From NCBI GenBank assembly GCA_964252075.1, contig CAXULY010000021.1, positions 24,310-88,309 of the forward strand: DNA of 64,000 nucleotides, in the 5' to 3' direction. The position numbers and the translations under genes are program-made. The notes beneath the pieces were generated by a model. It did no database searches. It was not told the origin of the DNA and saw only the letters and a list, made by a program, of their open reading frames with translations. Below are positions 1-21,018 of the stretch, piece by piece (within the stretch, counting starts at the first letter, position 1; every line of letters begins with the position of its first letter). This DNA comes from an uncultured Deinococcaceae bacterium (lineage in GTDB: Bacteria > Deinococcota > Deinococci > Deinococcales > Deinococcaceae).

Positions 1-1
1 C

Positions 2-421
2 CCAGGCGAGCGCCTATGGGTGCGCGAGGCGTGGGGCACGGAGGGCCGCTGGAACGGCACCCCGCCGCGCGACATTCGCACGACCGCGCCACTGTGGTAC
101 GGCGCGGATGGCCGCCCGGACGGCTGGGGCGGCGTGGGGCGCCCTAGCATCCACATGCCCCGCTGGGCGAGCCGCATCACGCTGGAAATCACGGACGTAC
201 GCGCCGAGCGCCTGATGGCGATCAGCGTGACGGACGCCCACGCGGAGGGCGTGGAGGGCCAGCCGGGCATGTGGCGCAACTACACCGCACGCGCGGGCCG
301 ATTTGCGAACCCCGTGGACAGCTACCGCAGCCTGTGGGAGCAGATCAACGGCGAGGGCAGCTGGGCCGCGAACCCGTGGGTGTGGGTCGTGGAGTTCGAG
401 CGACTGGAGGTCGCCCAGTGA
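2..421 (+). CDS. Conserved phage protein (ASCH/PUA-like family), 5'-truncated by window edge
   Basis: Frame is open from base 2 (PGERLWVREAW); contains RPSIHMPRWASRITLEITDVRAERL and C-terminal NPWVWVVEF, typical of this phage family. Confidence 0.7.
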   Translation, partial: PGERLWVREAWGTEGRWNGTPPRDIRTTAPLWYGADGRPDGWGGVGRPSIHMPRWASRITLEITDVRAERLMAISVTDAHAEGVEGQPGMWRNYTARAGRFANPVDSYRSLWEQINGEGSWAANPWVWVVEFERLEVAQ

Positions 422-1940
422 TTCTCGTCGGCAACGCCCTCGACAAGCTGCGCGACCTCGCGGACGGCAGCGTGGACTGCTGCGTGAGCAGCCCGCCTTA
501 CTTCGGTCTGCGGGACTACGGCACCGACCCAGTGTGGTGGCCGGAGGTCGCGTTCACCCCGCTGCCCGGGCTTCCTGCCCAGGTCATTCCCGAGATGACG
601 TGCGAGCTGGGGCAGGAGCCCACGCCCGAGGCGTTCATCGGGCATCTTGTTCTGATCTACCGCGAGGTGCGCCGCGTCCTGAAGGGCGGCGGCACCGCGT
701 GGCTCAACATGGGGGACAGCTACAACGGCTTCCCCGCCAATCGGGGCACCGCAAGCCGCTACGCAGGGAGACGCGAACTGCGTGATCAATCGTTCGCGTC
801 TGGCAACGGACTGCTGCACAAAGGCACCAAGAGCAAAGACCTCCTGGGCATCCCCTGGCGCCTCGCGTTCGCCCTGCAGGCAGACGGCTGGTACCTGCGG
901 CAGGACGTGATCTGGCACAAGCCTAACCCCATGCCTGAGAGCGTCACGGACCGCTGCACGAAGGCTCACGAGTACGTCTTCCTGCTGACGAAGCAGCCCC
1001 GGTACTTCTTTGACGCTGAAGCCATCAGCGAGCCCCTTTCGCAGGGCAGCCATGCGCGGCTCGCACAGGACACCGCTGATCAGGCGGGCAGCGAGCGCGT
1101 GCCCGGCGAGACGAACGGCCCCATGAAGGCTGTGGTGAAGGGCGGCAACTACCTGAACCGCATCGTGAACCGGGGTTCGTCATTCACGGAAGGCAAGACG
1201 GGCGACCACCAGCAGGGACGGGCGAGCACCAAGCCGCGCCTGGGCAGCTACAAGCAGCTTATTCATGACGTCACGGGTGGCCCGCGCAGAGGCATTCCAG
1301 GTCAGGCCGATCATAAGGGCAGCCGCCTGGCCGCACTGGTGGGTCGCACGCCCGGCAACACCAGCCACAAGGGTACGGAGGCGTACCAGGGAGGCGTAGA
1401 GGACCACCGCACCAAGGGGGGCTGCTCGCCTACAGCTCCGCGCGCACGCAACTGGTGCGCGCACTGGAAATCGCGGAGGAAAAGGGTCTCACCGAAGCGC
1501 ACCTTGACGCCCTGCGTGCAGTTGGGCTGGGCGACGTGGGCAAAAGCAAGGCCACGCAGCGCGGCGAGAACAACCCTGACACGTTGCGCCTGGCAGACGA
1601 AGCGCGCGCCGCGCTCGGCGGGTACGCCCGGGAGTTTCTGTCCGGCCTGACCCGGAACCGGCGGAGCGTGTGGAGCATCGCCACCCGCCCCTTCAAGGAA
1701 GCGCACTTCGCGGTTATGCCGCAGGAACTCGCGGAGACGTGCATCAAGGCCGGCTGTCCGGCGGGTGGGGTGGTGCTGGATCCGTTCTTCGGTAGTGGCA
1801 CCACAGGCCGCGCCGCAGTCGCTGTGGGTCGTGAGTTCATCGGCATCGAGTTGCAGCCGACCTTCGCCAAGATGGCCCGGCGCCGCACGACCGCGCTGCA
1901 GCCGCCCCTTATGGCGCCCGGCGCCCAGGAGAGCGCATGA
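418..1940 (+). pseudogene. N4C/N6A DNA methyltransferase (beta class) split by a frameshift at about 1416-1421
   Basis: GTG at 418; SPPY catalytic motif and WHKPNPMPESVTDRCTKAHEY in frame 1; RNRRSVW, AHFAVMP and LDPFFGSGTTG (SAM-binding) lie in another frame (1455..1940 ORF); junction at a G6 run. Confidence 0.8.
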
Positions 1941-2218
1941 TCGTCGTCGCCAGCTACTTCCTCGCGCGCCTGCCCATCATGGGCGTCGTCGTGAAGGAAC
2001 TGAGCGCCCACACGTGCCCGGACGTCACGCCGCACGCGCACGAGGGGCACGACGCCTGGACGGACCGGCTGTGCGCCGAGGCGTGCGCCCAGTCCAGGCA
2101 GGGCCTCACGGGCCGCACCGTCATCGTGGGCGCGCGCCGCAGCACCGACGGCGCGTTCCTGCGTCAACACGTCTTCCACAACGGCCGCGAAGTGCAGCCC
2201 GGCGAGATCCGCCTCTAG
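1937..2218 (+). CDS. Hypothetical phage protein
   Basis: ATGA overlap with upstream stop, high GC3 codon usage. Confidence 0.55.
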   Translation: MIVVASYFLARLPIMGVVVKELSAHTCPDVTPHAHEGHDAWTDRLCAEACAQSRQGLTGRTVIVGARRSTDGAFLRQHVFHNGREVQPGEIRL

Positions 2219-2225
2219 GAGAACC

Positions 2226-2784
2226 ATGCACTGCTTCCTGTACATCGAGTCGAACCCGCCCGGCCTGAAATGGGCCGACTCCAACTCCCATGACGGCCTT
2301 GCGTTCGTGGAGCTCACCGCGGACGCGCAGCGCGACCTCGCGCGCCTGCTGCTGGAAGGCCGCCCGGGCGAGCGCCTGCGCACCACCTGCCCCCTCACGG
2401 GCGCCCTCGTGCACGCGTGGGTGTCCAACGATGACCCCAGCCCGAACGGCAAGGTGAACCTCGAAACGTACACCGCGAACGGCGAGCACCTCGTGGCGCC
2501 GCTCGCCGGGGTGGTCCGGTTGCGCATCGCGATGAAGCTGCGCGGCGCGACCCTCACCGGCACGCGCATCAACCAGGACGGGCACCTCCAGCACGCAGGA
2601 GGGCCGCGTGCTGGAGGTGCGCGAGCTGCGCGCCATCGCGGCGCGCCTCAAGCCGGACGGCCCCATGCCGGGCGAGCTGAGGGGCTTCGTGTCCCTCACG
2701 CAGCCCGGGCACTTCAAGCTGCGCCTCAAGCGCCTCATCACGGTGCTGGAGGCGTGGCACGCCAGCGACCGGGGGGCGGCATGA
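2226..2784 (+). pseudogene. Hypothetical protein with apparent 1-nt frameshift near 2585-2592
   Basis: SD AGGAG before ATG 2226; good-codon reading switches to the +1 frame (STQEGRVLEVRELRAIAARLKP...) which ends at TGA 2782-2784 overlapping the next ATG. Confidence 0.5.
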
Positions 2785-3359
2785 CGCAGCAAGACGTCCT
2801 GTTTCCCGAACTGCCGCAGCCCCAGCTGCGCGTGGATGAAGTGGACGTGGAGCTCTCCCGCATGGACGGCACCATGGGGCGCGCCATCGAGTACCGCCTG
2901 AACGTCAAGGAGGCCCCCTGGGTGTTCTGGGGCATTCAGGTGCCCGAGGAGCACGGGAACCCCAACAGCCTCCGCGTGTTCCGCCTGATCGCCTGGGATT
3001 ACGCCGAGGACCCCTGGAAGCGCGTCTTTGCCAGCCACCCCTTCAGGGGACCGAAGCACGGGCACACGTACAACATCGTCGTGGAGCTCGCGGAAAGCGA
3101 CCCGGACGAAGAGGGCGCGCCCGCCGAGCGCGTGGTTCTGGAACGCCCGCGCACGTGGGAGTACGGCCTCGCGGACCCCGAAATGTCACTCGATGCCCAC
3201 ATCCCGTGGACGTGCGCGCGGACCCACATGCGCCTCCTCGCGGAAGCCATCGTGAGCGGTGTGCTGGACCTCAGCGACCCCACGCAGGACCAGCCGGCGG
3301 GCTTCGACACGTGGGAGGCATGGTTCAGGCACATTGAAGAGGAAGCCTCCCGCGCATGA
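2781..3359 (+). CDS. Hypothetical phage protein (MTQQDVLFPELP...)
   Basis: ATG in ATGA overlap; C-terminal half of track ORF 2226..3359. Confidence 0.6.
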   Translation: MTQQDVLFPELPQPQLRVDEVDVELSRMDGTMGRAIEYRLNVKEAPWVFWGIQVPEEHGNPNSLRVFRLIAWDYAEDPWKRVFASHPFRGPKHGHTYNIVVELAESDPDEEGAPAERVVLERPRTWEYGLADPEMSLDAHIPWTCARTHMRLLAEAIVSGVLDLSDPTQDQPAGFDTWEAWFRHIEEEASRA

Positions 3360-3979
3360 GCAAGCTCCGCCACCGCCTGTGGGGCGTCGTCGCCCGCGCC
3401 CGCGAGACGGGCAAGGCGGTGGAGGAGGAACTGCAGCGCGGCCTCATGGTGCGCGCCGCGCCGGACGGACAGCGCCTCGCGCTGTGGCGCGCCGACGTGG
3501 AACCCAGCGCGACCGAGGTGCGACTGTGCGCGGAGGCGCTGGAGTGGCAGAACGCGCCCGAATGGCAGGACCGCCGGGGCAAGCCGCGCGCGGCCCTGCT
3601 GAGCGCCCCGCACCCCGCGGACGCCCTCACGGAAGACGAGGTGTTCGCGCAGCAGCAGCACCGTGACGCGCTGGCCGTGCTGACACCCCTCCCGTGGGAG
3701 GACGCGCCCACGCCCGCCCCGCCGCCCGAGGCGGCGCCCGCGTGCGGGTCGTGCCAGCACTGGACGCCCGACGCCGGGCTGCTCGGGTGGTGCGGCCTCG
3801 GCTGGTGGGAGCACGACGGCCGCATGACGACCAGCCAGAAGGTGAACGACACCTGGCGGGAAGTGCCGATCACGCACTACCACGGCGACCTGGCGGAGCC
3901 CCTCACGCACCGCGACAGCCCCTGCGCGGTGCGCCGACTGACGGGCGCCGCGTGGGCACCCAGAAAGGATGAGGCATGA
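3356..3979 (+). CDS. Hypothetical protein with CxxC...C putative Zn site
   Basis: ATGA coupling; CGSCQHW...GWC motif. Confidence 0.6.
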   Translation: MSKLRHRLWGVVARARETGKAVEEELQRGLMVRAAPDGQRLALWRADVEPSATEVRLCAEALEWQNAPEWQDRRGKPRAALLSAPHPADALTEDEVFAQQQHRDALAVLTPLPWEDAPTPAPPPEAAPACGSCQHWTPDAGLLGWCGLGWWEHDGRMTTSQKVNDTWREVPITHYHGDLAEPLTHRDSPCAVRRLTGAAWAPRKDEA

Positions 3980-3987
3980 CGCCCGAG

Positions 3988-4031
3988 TACAATACGTTTA
4001 AGCCCGTCGCGGTGCGTCAACACCCACGGGC
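3988..4031 (+). promoter_or_regulatory. -10 box (TACAAT) and 5' leader hairpin of the HNH gene
   Basis: TACAAT 3988-3993; GCCCGT-CGC-GGTG-CGTCAA-CACC-C-ACGGGC stem-loop 4002-4031. Confidence 0.5.
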
Positions 4032-4057
4032 TGTAGACCATCTAGGGGGGTCCACCA

Positions 4058-4699
4058 GTGAACATTATACCGACCCACAAGCTGTGCGGCGCCTGCCACG
4101 TGTCCAAGTCATTAGGGGAATTCTCGCCCAATAAAGGCGGGCGCTATGGACGGCACAGCAAATGCAAGGCTTGTGTTCGAGCCATGCATCATGCAAAGCG
4201 CCCCGAGCGGCTTGCAGCACGCAAAGAGGCTCGCCTACGAGACGTGGAGACCTACCGCGCCAAAGCCCGCGAGTACCAAAAGGCGAACCTCTATATCTGG
4301 GCACGCTGGAACCGAAAGGCGCGGGCAGAAGGCCGAGACTGGCGGGCCAAAAACATCGAGCGCAACCGTGAAACCAGCCGACGCTACGCACGCCTGTGGA
4401 GAGCGGCCAATCCAGTCATGCAGAAGGCGCGCAATGCTGCGAGAGTAATGCGTCAGCGGCGCCCAAACAGCGAGCGGTTTAGGAGTAACCTCCTGGTGAT
4501 TCTTTGGGAGCGACAGCAGGGCAGGTGCCACTGGTGTGCGGTCGACCTCACGGTGGGACCATCGTCGCATCTCGACCATATCATTCCGTTGTCAAAGGGT
4601 GGCGACAACTCACCAAACAATCTTTGTTGGGCTTGTGCCACATGCAATTTGACACGACACAATAAAATGCCGCACGAACATTTCGGGCGCCTGTTTTAA
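4058..4699 (+). CDS. Free-standing HNH (homing) endonuclease
   Basis: N-terminal CxxC..CxxC finger; CHWC...HLDHIIPLSKGGDNSPNNLCWACATCN HNH core; lower GC than neighbours. Confidence 0.9.
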   Translation: MNIIPTHKLCGACHVSKSLGEFSPNKGGRYGRHSKCKACVRAMHHAKRPERLAARKEARLRDVETYRAKAREYQKANLYIWARWNRKARAEGRDWRAKNIERNRETSRRYARLWRAANPVMQKARNAARVMRQRRPNSERFRSNLLVILWERQQGRCHWCAVDLTVGPSSHLDHIIPLSKGGDNSPNNLCWACATCNLTRHNKMPHEHFGRLF

Positions 4700-4728
4700 C
4701 ACCCCGCGCTGAACCTCAAGGTGGCCGC

Positions 4729-10146
<5,418 letters not shown>

Positions 10147-10165
10147 CCGCGTGCTGGCGCGCGCG

Positions 10166-10191
10166 AAGCCCGGCATGCCGCCGGGCTTTTT
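10166..10191 (+). terminator. Intrinsic terminator
   Basis: AAGCCCGGC/GCCGGGCTT stem followed by T-tract. Confidence 0.8.
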
Positions 10192-10215
10192 CGCGTCCTG
10201 ACGGTGATGGAACCC

Positions 10216-10266
10216 TTGAAAACAAGCTGACAAACAAGTAATCTGTAAAACGTAAGTTACAGGAGG
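10216..10266 (+). promoter_or_regulatory. Sigma70-type early promoter with overlapping operator
   Basis: TTGAAA(10216)-N17-TAATCT(10239); TGTAA-N8-TTACA 10244-10261; SD AGGAGG. Confidence 0.7.
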
Positions 10267-10270
10267 CGCC

Positions 10271-10585
10271 ATGGACGAACACACCCTCACCCCCAACCCC
10301 CGAACCACCATCCCCGGCTTCCAGGACGGCTACGTGTACCGCGGCCTCCACATCACGCACAACCTGCGCACCGACACCTGGACGTCCGCCCTCACCCGCT
10401 ACCCCAGCGCCGAAGCCGCCATGCAGGCCATTGACGACCTCGCCGCGCCCCTCCCGCCGCGCCCCCTGCCGAGCGGCCTCAAGGTCACGCTCCATGCCGG
10501 GCAGCGCGCGGAACGCGCCAGCACCGGACGCCACAAGGCCGACCGCGCCCAGCACCAGCCGCGCCACGCCGGGCGGTTCTCGTGA
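10271..10585 (+). CDS. Hypothetical protein
   Basis: Strong SD; first gene after promoter; GTGA overlap with the MTase. Confidence 0.6.
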   Translation: MDEHTLTPNPRTTIPGFQDGYVYRGLHITHNLRTDTWTSALTRYPSAEAAMQAIDDLAAPLPPRPLPSGLKVTLHAGQRAERASTGRHKADRAQHQPRHAGRFS

Positions 10586-12915
10586 CCCGCCGCGCGCGCC
10601 CAGGCGGGCGGGCCGAGCCCTACCACCCGCTGTTCCCGTACCTCCCCACCGCCGAGCGCGCCGTCCTGGCGCCCGGCGAGATCGTGATCGACAACTTCGC
10701 CGGACTGGGCGGCGCCAGCAGCGCCATTGAGGCCGCGCTCGGGCGCCCCGTGGACGTGGCGATCAACCACAACCCCATCGCGCTGGAACTGCACCGCCAG
10801 AACCACCCCTACACCCACCACTACATCGAGGACGTGTGGAGCGTGGACCCTGAGCGGGTGTGCGCCGGACGCAAGATCGCCCTCGCGTGGTTCAGCCCCG
10901 ACTGCCGCCACTTCAGCAAAGCCAAGGGCGGCCAGCCCGTCAGCGCCAGCGTGCGCGGCCTCGCGAACGTCGTGCATAACTACAGCGGCCTGCCCGAACA
11001 CCTCAAGCCGCGCGTCATCATGCTGGAGAACGTCGAGGAGTTCACCACCTGGGGCCCCCTGATCGAGGTGGCGCCCGGCAAGTTCAAACCCGACCCCGCG
11101 CGCGCCGGAGAGGACTTCCAGGCCTGGAAAGCCACCCTCGAAGCGCACGGCTACACGGTCGAACACCGCGAGCTGCGCGCCTGCGACTACGGCGCCCCCA
11201 CCATCCGCAAGCGGCTGTTCCTGATCGCGCGCTCGGACGGCCAGCCCATCGTGTGGCCCGAACCCACCCACGGCGACCCCAAGAGCAAAGCCGTGAAGGA
11301 AGGGCGCCTGCTGCCCTGGCGCACCGCCGCCGAGTGCATCGACTGGACGCTGCCGACGCCCAGCATCTTCACGCGCAAGAAGGCCCTGGTGCCCGCCACC
11401 ATGCGCCGCGTCGCCATCGGCATCAAGAAGTTCGTGCTCGCCACGCAGGACCCCTACATCGTCACGTGCAACCACGCGGGCGACGGCTTCCGGGGGCAAG
11501 GCCTGCACGAACCCATGCGGACCCTCACGGCCGCGCGCGACGCGCATGGCCTCGTCGCGCCCGTCGTGGTCCGCACCGACCAGCACCAGAGCAACGCCAG
11601 CTGCGCGTACGACGCCGCGCGGCCCCTCACGACCATCACGACCGCGCAGGGGCATGCCATCGCGGCGCCCTACCTCATCAACAAGCAGTTCCAGGCGCCC
11701 GCCCGGCCAGCCGAAGCACCGCTCAGCACCATCACGACCAACCACAACAAGAACGAACTCGGCGCGGCCTTCCTGGTGCGCAGCGGCCACTACAGCAACA
11801 TCACGGGTGAAGGCGCGCACTTCCGTGGGCAGGGCATGGAGCAGCCCCTCTCCACCGTCACCGCCGCGGGCCAGGACAAGCTCATTACGGTCGCGCACCT
11901 GACGAAGTTCAGGACGGGCAGCGTGGGCAGCCCAGCGGACGCGCCCCTCCACACGGTCACGGGCGGGGGAGAGGCCGCGCGGCCCAGCACCGGCAACGTC
12001 CACGGCCTCGTCGCCGCAAGCCTGCTCCAGCACAACAGCGAGAAGCACGGCGAGCCGGGCAGCATGAACTACGCCGTGGACCGCCCGCTGCGCACCGTCA
12101 TGGCCCAGGGCGGGCGCCAGGACCTGCTGACGGGCTACCTGACCAGCTACTACGGTGAGAAGCGGGCAGGGGAGACCAGGGGGCGGGCGCTGACCGGTCA
12201 GGTGCCCACCGTCCGCACCGAGAACTGCCTCGCGCTCACGGCGGGCACCCTGATCGGTGTGGGCGGACGCGCCGCGCAGACGCGCCCGAAGGGCCTCAAC
12301 GAACCCATCCACACCGTCACCAGCAAGGCCGACACCTCCCTCGCGCTGGCGAGCCTCGTCCAGTACAACGGCACGGCGGACGCGCAGCCCGCAGGGGCGC
12401 CGCTGGGCAGCGTGACGACCGTGGAGCGCTTCGGGCTGAGCGTCGCGACCCTCACGCGGCACTTCGGCAACAGCACCGCCGTGAGCATCGCTGAGCCGGT
12501 CGGCACCATCTGCGCGGACGGCGGCGGCAAGACGTACCTCGTGAACGGCCGCTGCGAGCCCATCCTGACGCCCGAGCAGCGCGCGAGCGCGAGGCGCGTC
12601 TACGCCTTCCTGGTCGAATACCTGGGCAGCGAGGCGCTCGGCGCGCACGCCGACCACGCCGCGCAACTCATCACCGTGACGGTGCGGGGCGAACTGTACG
12701 TGCTGGCCGACATTGGCATGCGGATGCTCACGCCGCGCGAACTCGCGCGATGCCAGGGCTTCAGCGACCACTACGTGCTGGACGCCACCCTGGACGGCAA
12801 ACCCATCGCCAAGAGCCATCAGGTGAAGGGCATCGGGAACAGCGTCAGCAAGCCCCCGGCGGCGGCCATCCTCACAGCGAACTTCAGCGGGCAGATGTCC
12901 GAAGCGGCGGACTGA
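10582..12915 (+). CDS. C5-cytosine DNA methyltransferase with expanded repetitive variable region
   Basis: DNFAGLGG (I), FSPDC (IV), MLENVEEF (VI), PTIRKRLF (VIII), RMLTPRELARCQGF (IX), GNSV (X). Confidence 0.92.
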   Translation: MTRRARPGGRAEPYHPLFPYLPTAERAVLAPGEIVIDNFAGLGGASSAIEAALGRPVDVAINHNPIALELHRQNHPYTHHYIEDVWSVDPERVCAGRKIALAWFSPDCRHFSKAKGGQPVSASVRGLANVVHNYSGLPEHLKPRVIMLENVEEFTTWGPLIEVAPGKFKPDPARAGEDFQAWKATLEAHGYTVEHRELRACDYGAPTIRKRLFLIARSDGQPIVWPEPTHGDPKSKAVKEGRLLPWRTAAECIDWTLPTPSIFTRKKALVPATMRRVAIGIKKFVLATQDPYIVTCNHAGDGFRGQGLHEPMRTLTAARDAHGLVAPVVVRTDQHQSNASCAYDAARPLTTITTAQGHAIAAPYLINKQFQAPARPAEAPLSTITTNHNKNELGAAFLVRSGHYSNITGEGAHFRGQGMEQPLSTVTAAGQDKLITVAHLTKFRTGSVGSPADAPLHTVTGGGEAARPSTGNVHGLVAASLLQHNSEKHGEPGSMNYAVDRPLRTVMAQGGRQDLLTGYLTSYYGEKRAGETRGRALTGQVPTVRTENCLALTAGTLIGVGGRAAQTRPKGLNEPIHTVTSKADTSLALASLVQYNGTADAQPAGAPLGSVTTVERFGLSVATLTRHFGNSTAVSIAEPVGTICADGGGKTYLVNGRCEPILTPEQRASARRVYAFLVEYLGSEALGAHADHAAQLITVTVRGELYVLADIGMRMLTPRELARCQGFSDHYVLDATLDGKPIAKSHQVKGIGNSVSKPPAAAILTANFSGQMSEAAD

Positions 12916-12940
12916 CGCCTACGCCGATTAAGGCATCCAT

Positions 12941-12982
12941 GAAGGGCAGCGCGCGGCTATCCGGAGCCGCGCGCTGCCCTTC
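12941..12982. repeat. Perfect 18-bp inverted repeat (hairpin, probable terminator or insulator)
   Basis: GAAGGGCAGCGCGCGGCT-ATCCGG-AGCCGCGCGCTGCCCTTC. Confidence 0.8.
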
Positions 12983-12997
12983 GCGTAAAATACGTTC

Positions 12998-13786
12998 ATG
13001 GCAGAAACGAATCCGTTTCACCGGTTCATTACGCTAACGGATGTCATCCGGAACGCGCACGGCGATCCTGAGATGCAGGGACGTGGCGCACACCGCGAAG
13101 GCTTCCCCATAGGGGCGCTGATTTCTTTCAGCATGAAGCGTCCGCTGAGGGAGGAGCTTTACACCGCTGACGAGAAGATGCTCGATTATATTCGCCTGTT
13201 ACAGATGGGCGTCGAGGCGCGTGAGTACCTGGTGGCGCACATGACGCCCAAGGCGTTGGGCATAAATCTCAGCAACCTTGACAACCTGTTGGGGACGTAT
13301 GCTGCCCTCAATACAGATAGCAGCGCAACCGTCATCCGCAATTTTTCCCATGAAGTCATGGTCCGACTGCACCTCACCAACAGCCATCTCGAGGACAACG
13401 AAGTCGATGTGGATAAGGACCACATTGAGGACGTGCTCGCGCATCTGGACGCTCTGGTGGAAGCCATTCGTACTTCCAACATTGATCTTTCCCTAAAAGA
13501 CCGCATGATGCGCACGCTGGGCGTGCTCCGGCTCGCCATTACACGAGTGAACATCGTGGGCACCGAAGAGATCATCGGCGAAACCGAAAAGTTCATGGGG
13601 CAGCTCTTCCGCGCCGAGATGACGGAACGCGCCAACGGCAAACCGGACGGCACCAGAAATCTCGTCAAGCAAGGCGTTGAACTGGCGGACTTAATCGAGA
13701 AGGTGGTCAACTTGACCCAAAAAGTCGGGCCCACATTGGTGCTCGGCTACGCTGCAATTCAGCACATGCTTCCACCTCCTCAGTAA
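12998..13786 (+). CDS. Low-GC moron, 262-aa hypothetical helical protein
   Basis: Leaderless promoter TAAAAT(12986)-N6-ATG; clearly lower GC than flanks. Confidence 0.75.
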   Translation: MAETNPFHRFITLTDVIRNAHGDPEMQGRGAHREGFPIGALISFSMKRPLREELYTADEKMLDYIRLLQMGVEAREYLVAHMTPKALGINLSNLDNLLGTYAALNTDSSATVIRNFSHEVMVRLHLTNSHLEDNEVDVDKDHIEDVLAHLDALVEAIRTSNIDLSLKDRMMRTLGVLRLAITRVNIVGTEEIIGETEKFMGQLFRAEMTERANGKPDGTRNLVKQGVELADLIEKVVNLTQKVGPTLVLGYAAIQHMLPPPQ

Positions 13787-13815
13787 CCCCCCGCCCCCGT
13801 GTCCAGCATGGGGGC

Positions 13816-14658
13816 ATGACCCTGCTGGACACGCTGCGGCCCCTGCTGCCCGAGGGCGCGACCGCCACCGAGCGACCCCTGAACGAGTACGACGGCGTGT
13901 ATGTGTGTCTGCAGGTGCCGCGCGCGCAGGCCGACGAACTGGCGGTGCCGGACGGCCTGCCGCCCGAAGACCTGCACATCACGCTCGTGTACATCGGCAA
14001 AGCCGCGGACTACGACGCGAGCAAGGCGCGGCGCCTCGCGAGCCTGTGCCGCGTCATGACGGCCGTGACGGACCAGCTGCCCGCGCTGGAGGCGACCCTC
14101 ACGGAACCGCGCCGCTTCCCCGCCGAGGGGAAAGAGCCGTGCTACCTGGCAGTGGACGCGCCGTGGATTGCGGAGCTCCAAAAGCAGGTGGACCTCGCGG
14201 CGTTCATGCTGGGCCTGGACCCCAGCCGGAAGTTCCCGGTGTTCCACCCGCACGTGACCCTCGCTTACGTGGAGCCGGGCGCGCCGCACCCGCGCGCGGA
14301 CTTCACCCCCACCCCCGTCACGTTCACGGGGCTGGAGCTGTACCTGCCGGGCGGGCGCGTCACGCTGCCGTTCCGGGGCGCACAGACGCTCGCCAAGGCC
14401 GAGCGGGCGCCCGAGGTGGCATCTGACCCGCGCGCGGACGCGAGGGCGCTCTACGCGCGCCTCACGGGCGACCTGCTGGCCCTGCGCGCCGGGGACCGCC
14501 ACCTCGTGCGGCAGGGCGACGCGCTGAACGCCCGGCACGGCGAGCAGTTCACGCGCCTCGCACGCGCGGTGCGCGCGCCGCGCGGCAGCGCGCTGGAGGA
14601 CGCCGCGCTGCACCACGCGGACGCCGCGCGCGTCGGGCGCGAGGGCGCCGCCGTCTGA
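13816..14658 (+). CDS. 2H phosphoesterase (LigT/Acb1-like superfamily) with C-terminal extension
   Basis: Paired HxT motifs: LHITLVY and PHVTLAY; late-type promoter motif upstream. Confidence 0.85.
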   Translation: MTLLDTLRPLLPEGATATERPLNEYDGVYVCLQVPRAQADELAVPDGLPPEDLHITLVYIGKAADYDASKARRLASLCRVMTAVTDQLPALEATLTEPRRFPAEGKEPCYLAVDAPWIAELQKQVDLAAFMLGLDPSRKFPVFHPHVTLAYVEPGAPHPRADFTPTPVTFTGLELYLPGGRVTLPFRGAQTLAKAERAPEVASDPRADARALYARLTGDLLALRAGDRHLVRQGDALNARHGEQFTRLARAVRAPRGSALEDAALHHADAARVGREGAAV

Positions 14659-14689
14659 CCCCCCGCCGCGCCGCCCACGATGCCGTGCT

Positions 14690-20682
<5,993 letters not shown>

Positions 20683-20686
<4 letters not shown>

Positions 20687-20988
20687 AACTCGATTTGCTC
20701 GCCGCGCAGATCCGCCGCTGGCCCGACCGTTACCTGTGGTTCGGCCCGTGGTGGTGGGTCGTGAAGGCCGCCATGCGGGACGCCGGGCTGCCGGTGGGGC
20801 ACGCCGATGAGCCCGGCACGCGCGCGGTGCTGGAGCGCGCCGCCGGGGGGCGCGCCGCCGCCCTGAAGGCCGCCATGCGCTGCTTCGAGGAGCAGTCCGG
20901 CAGTTTCCCGAATCACCACTTCACCCTCCCGGACGGCGAGGCGTACTTCCTGCATGACGACGACGTGGGCGCCGCCGCCCTGACCTGA
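20683..20988 (+). CDS. Small protein resembling phage P1 Ulx
   Basis: GTGA overlap with the DarB-like gene; PDRYLWFGPWWWVVK resembles the Y..YGPYW..IK segment I recall from P1 Ulx; same gene order as P1 darB-ulx. Confidence 0.55.
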
Positions 20989-21018
20989 CCCCCCGCGCCC
21001 GAGCCCACGCTCGGGCGC

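Noticed and set aside
2226..3359. Single 377-aa ORF in the track
   Set aside because: Middle section reads as off-frame; better explained as a frameshifted gene plus a separate gene starting at 2781
3976..4699. Group I intron or intein around the HNH gene
   Set aside because: No interrupted host gene resuming downstream and no room for an intron core; appears free-standing
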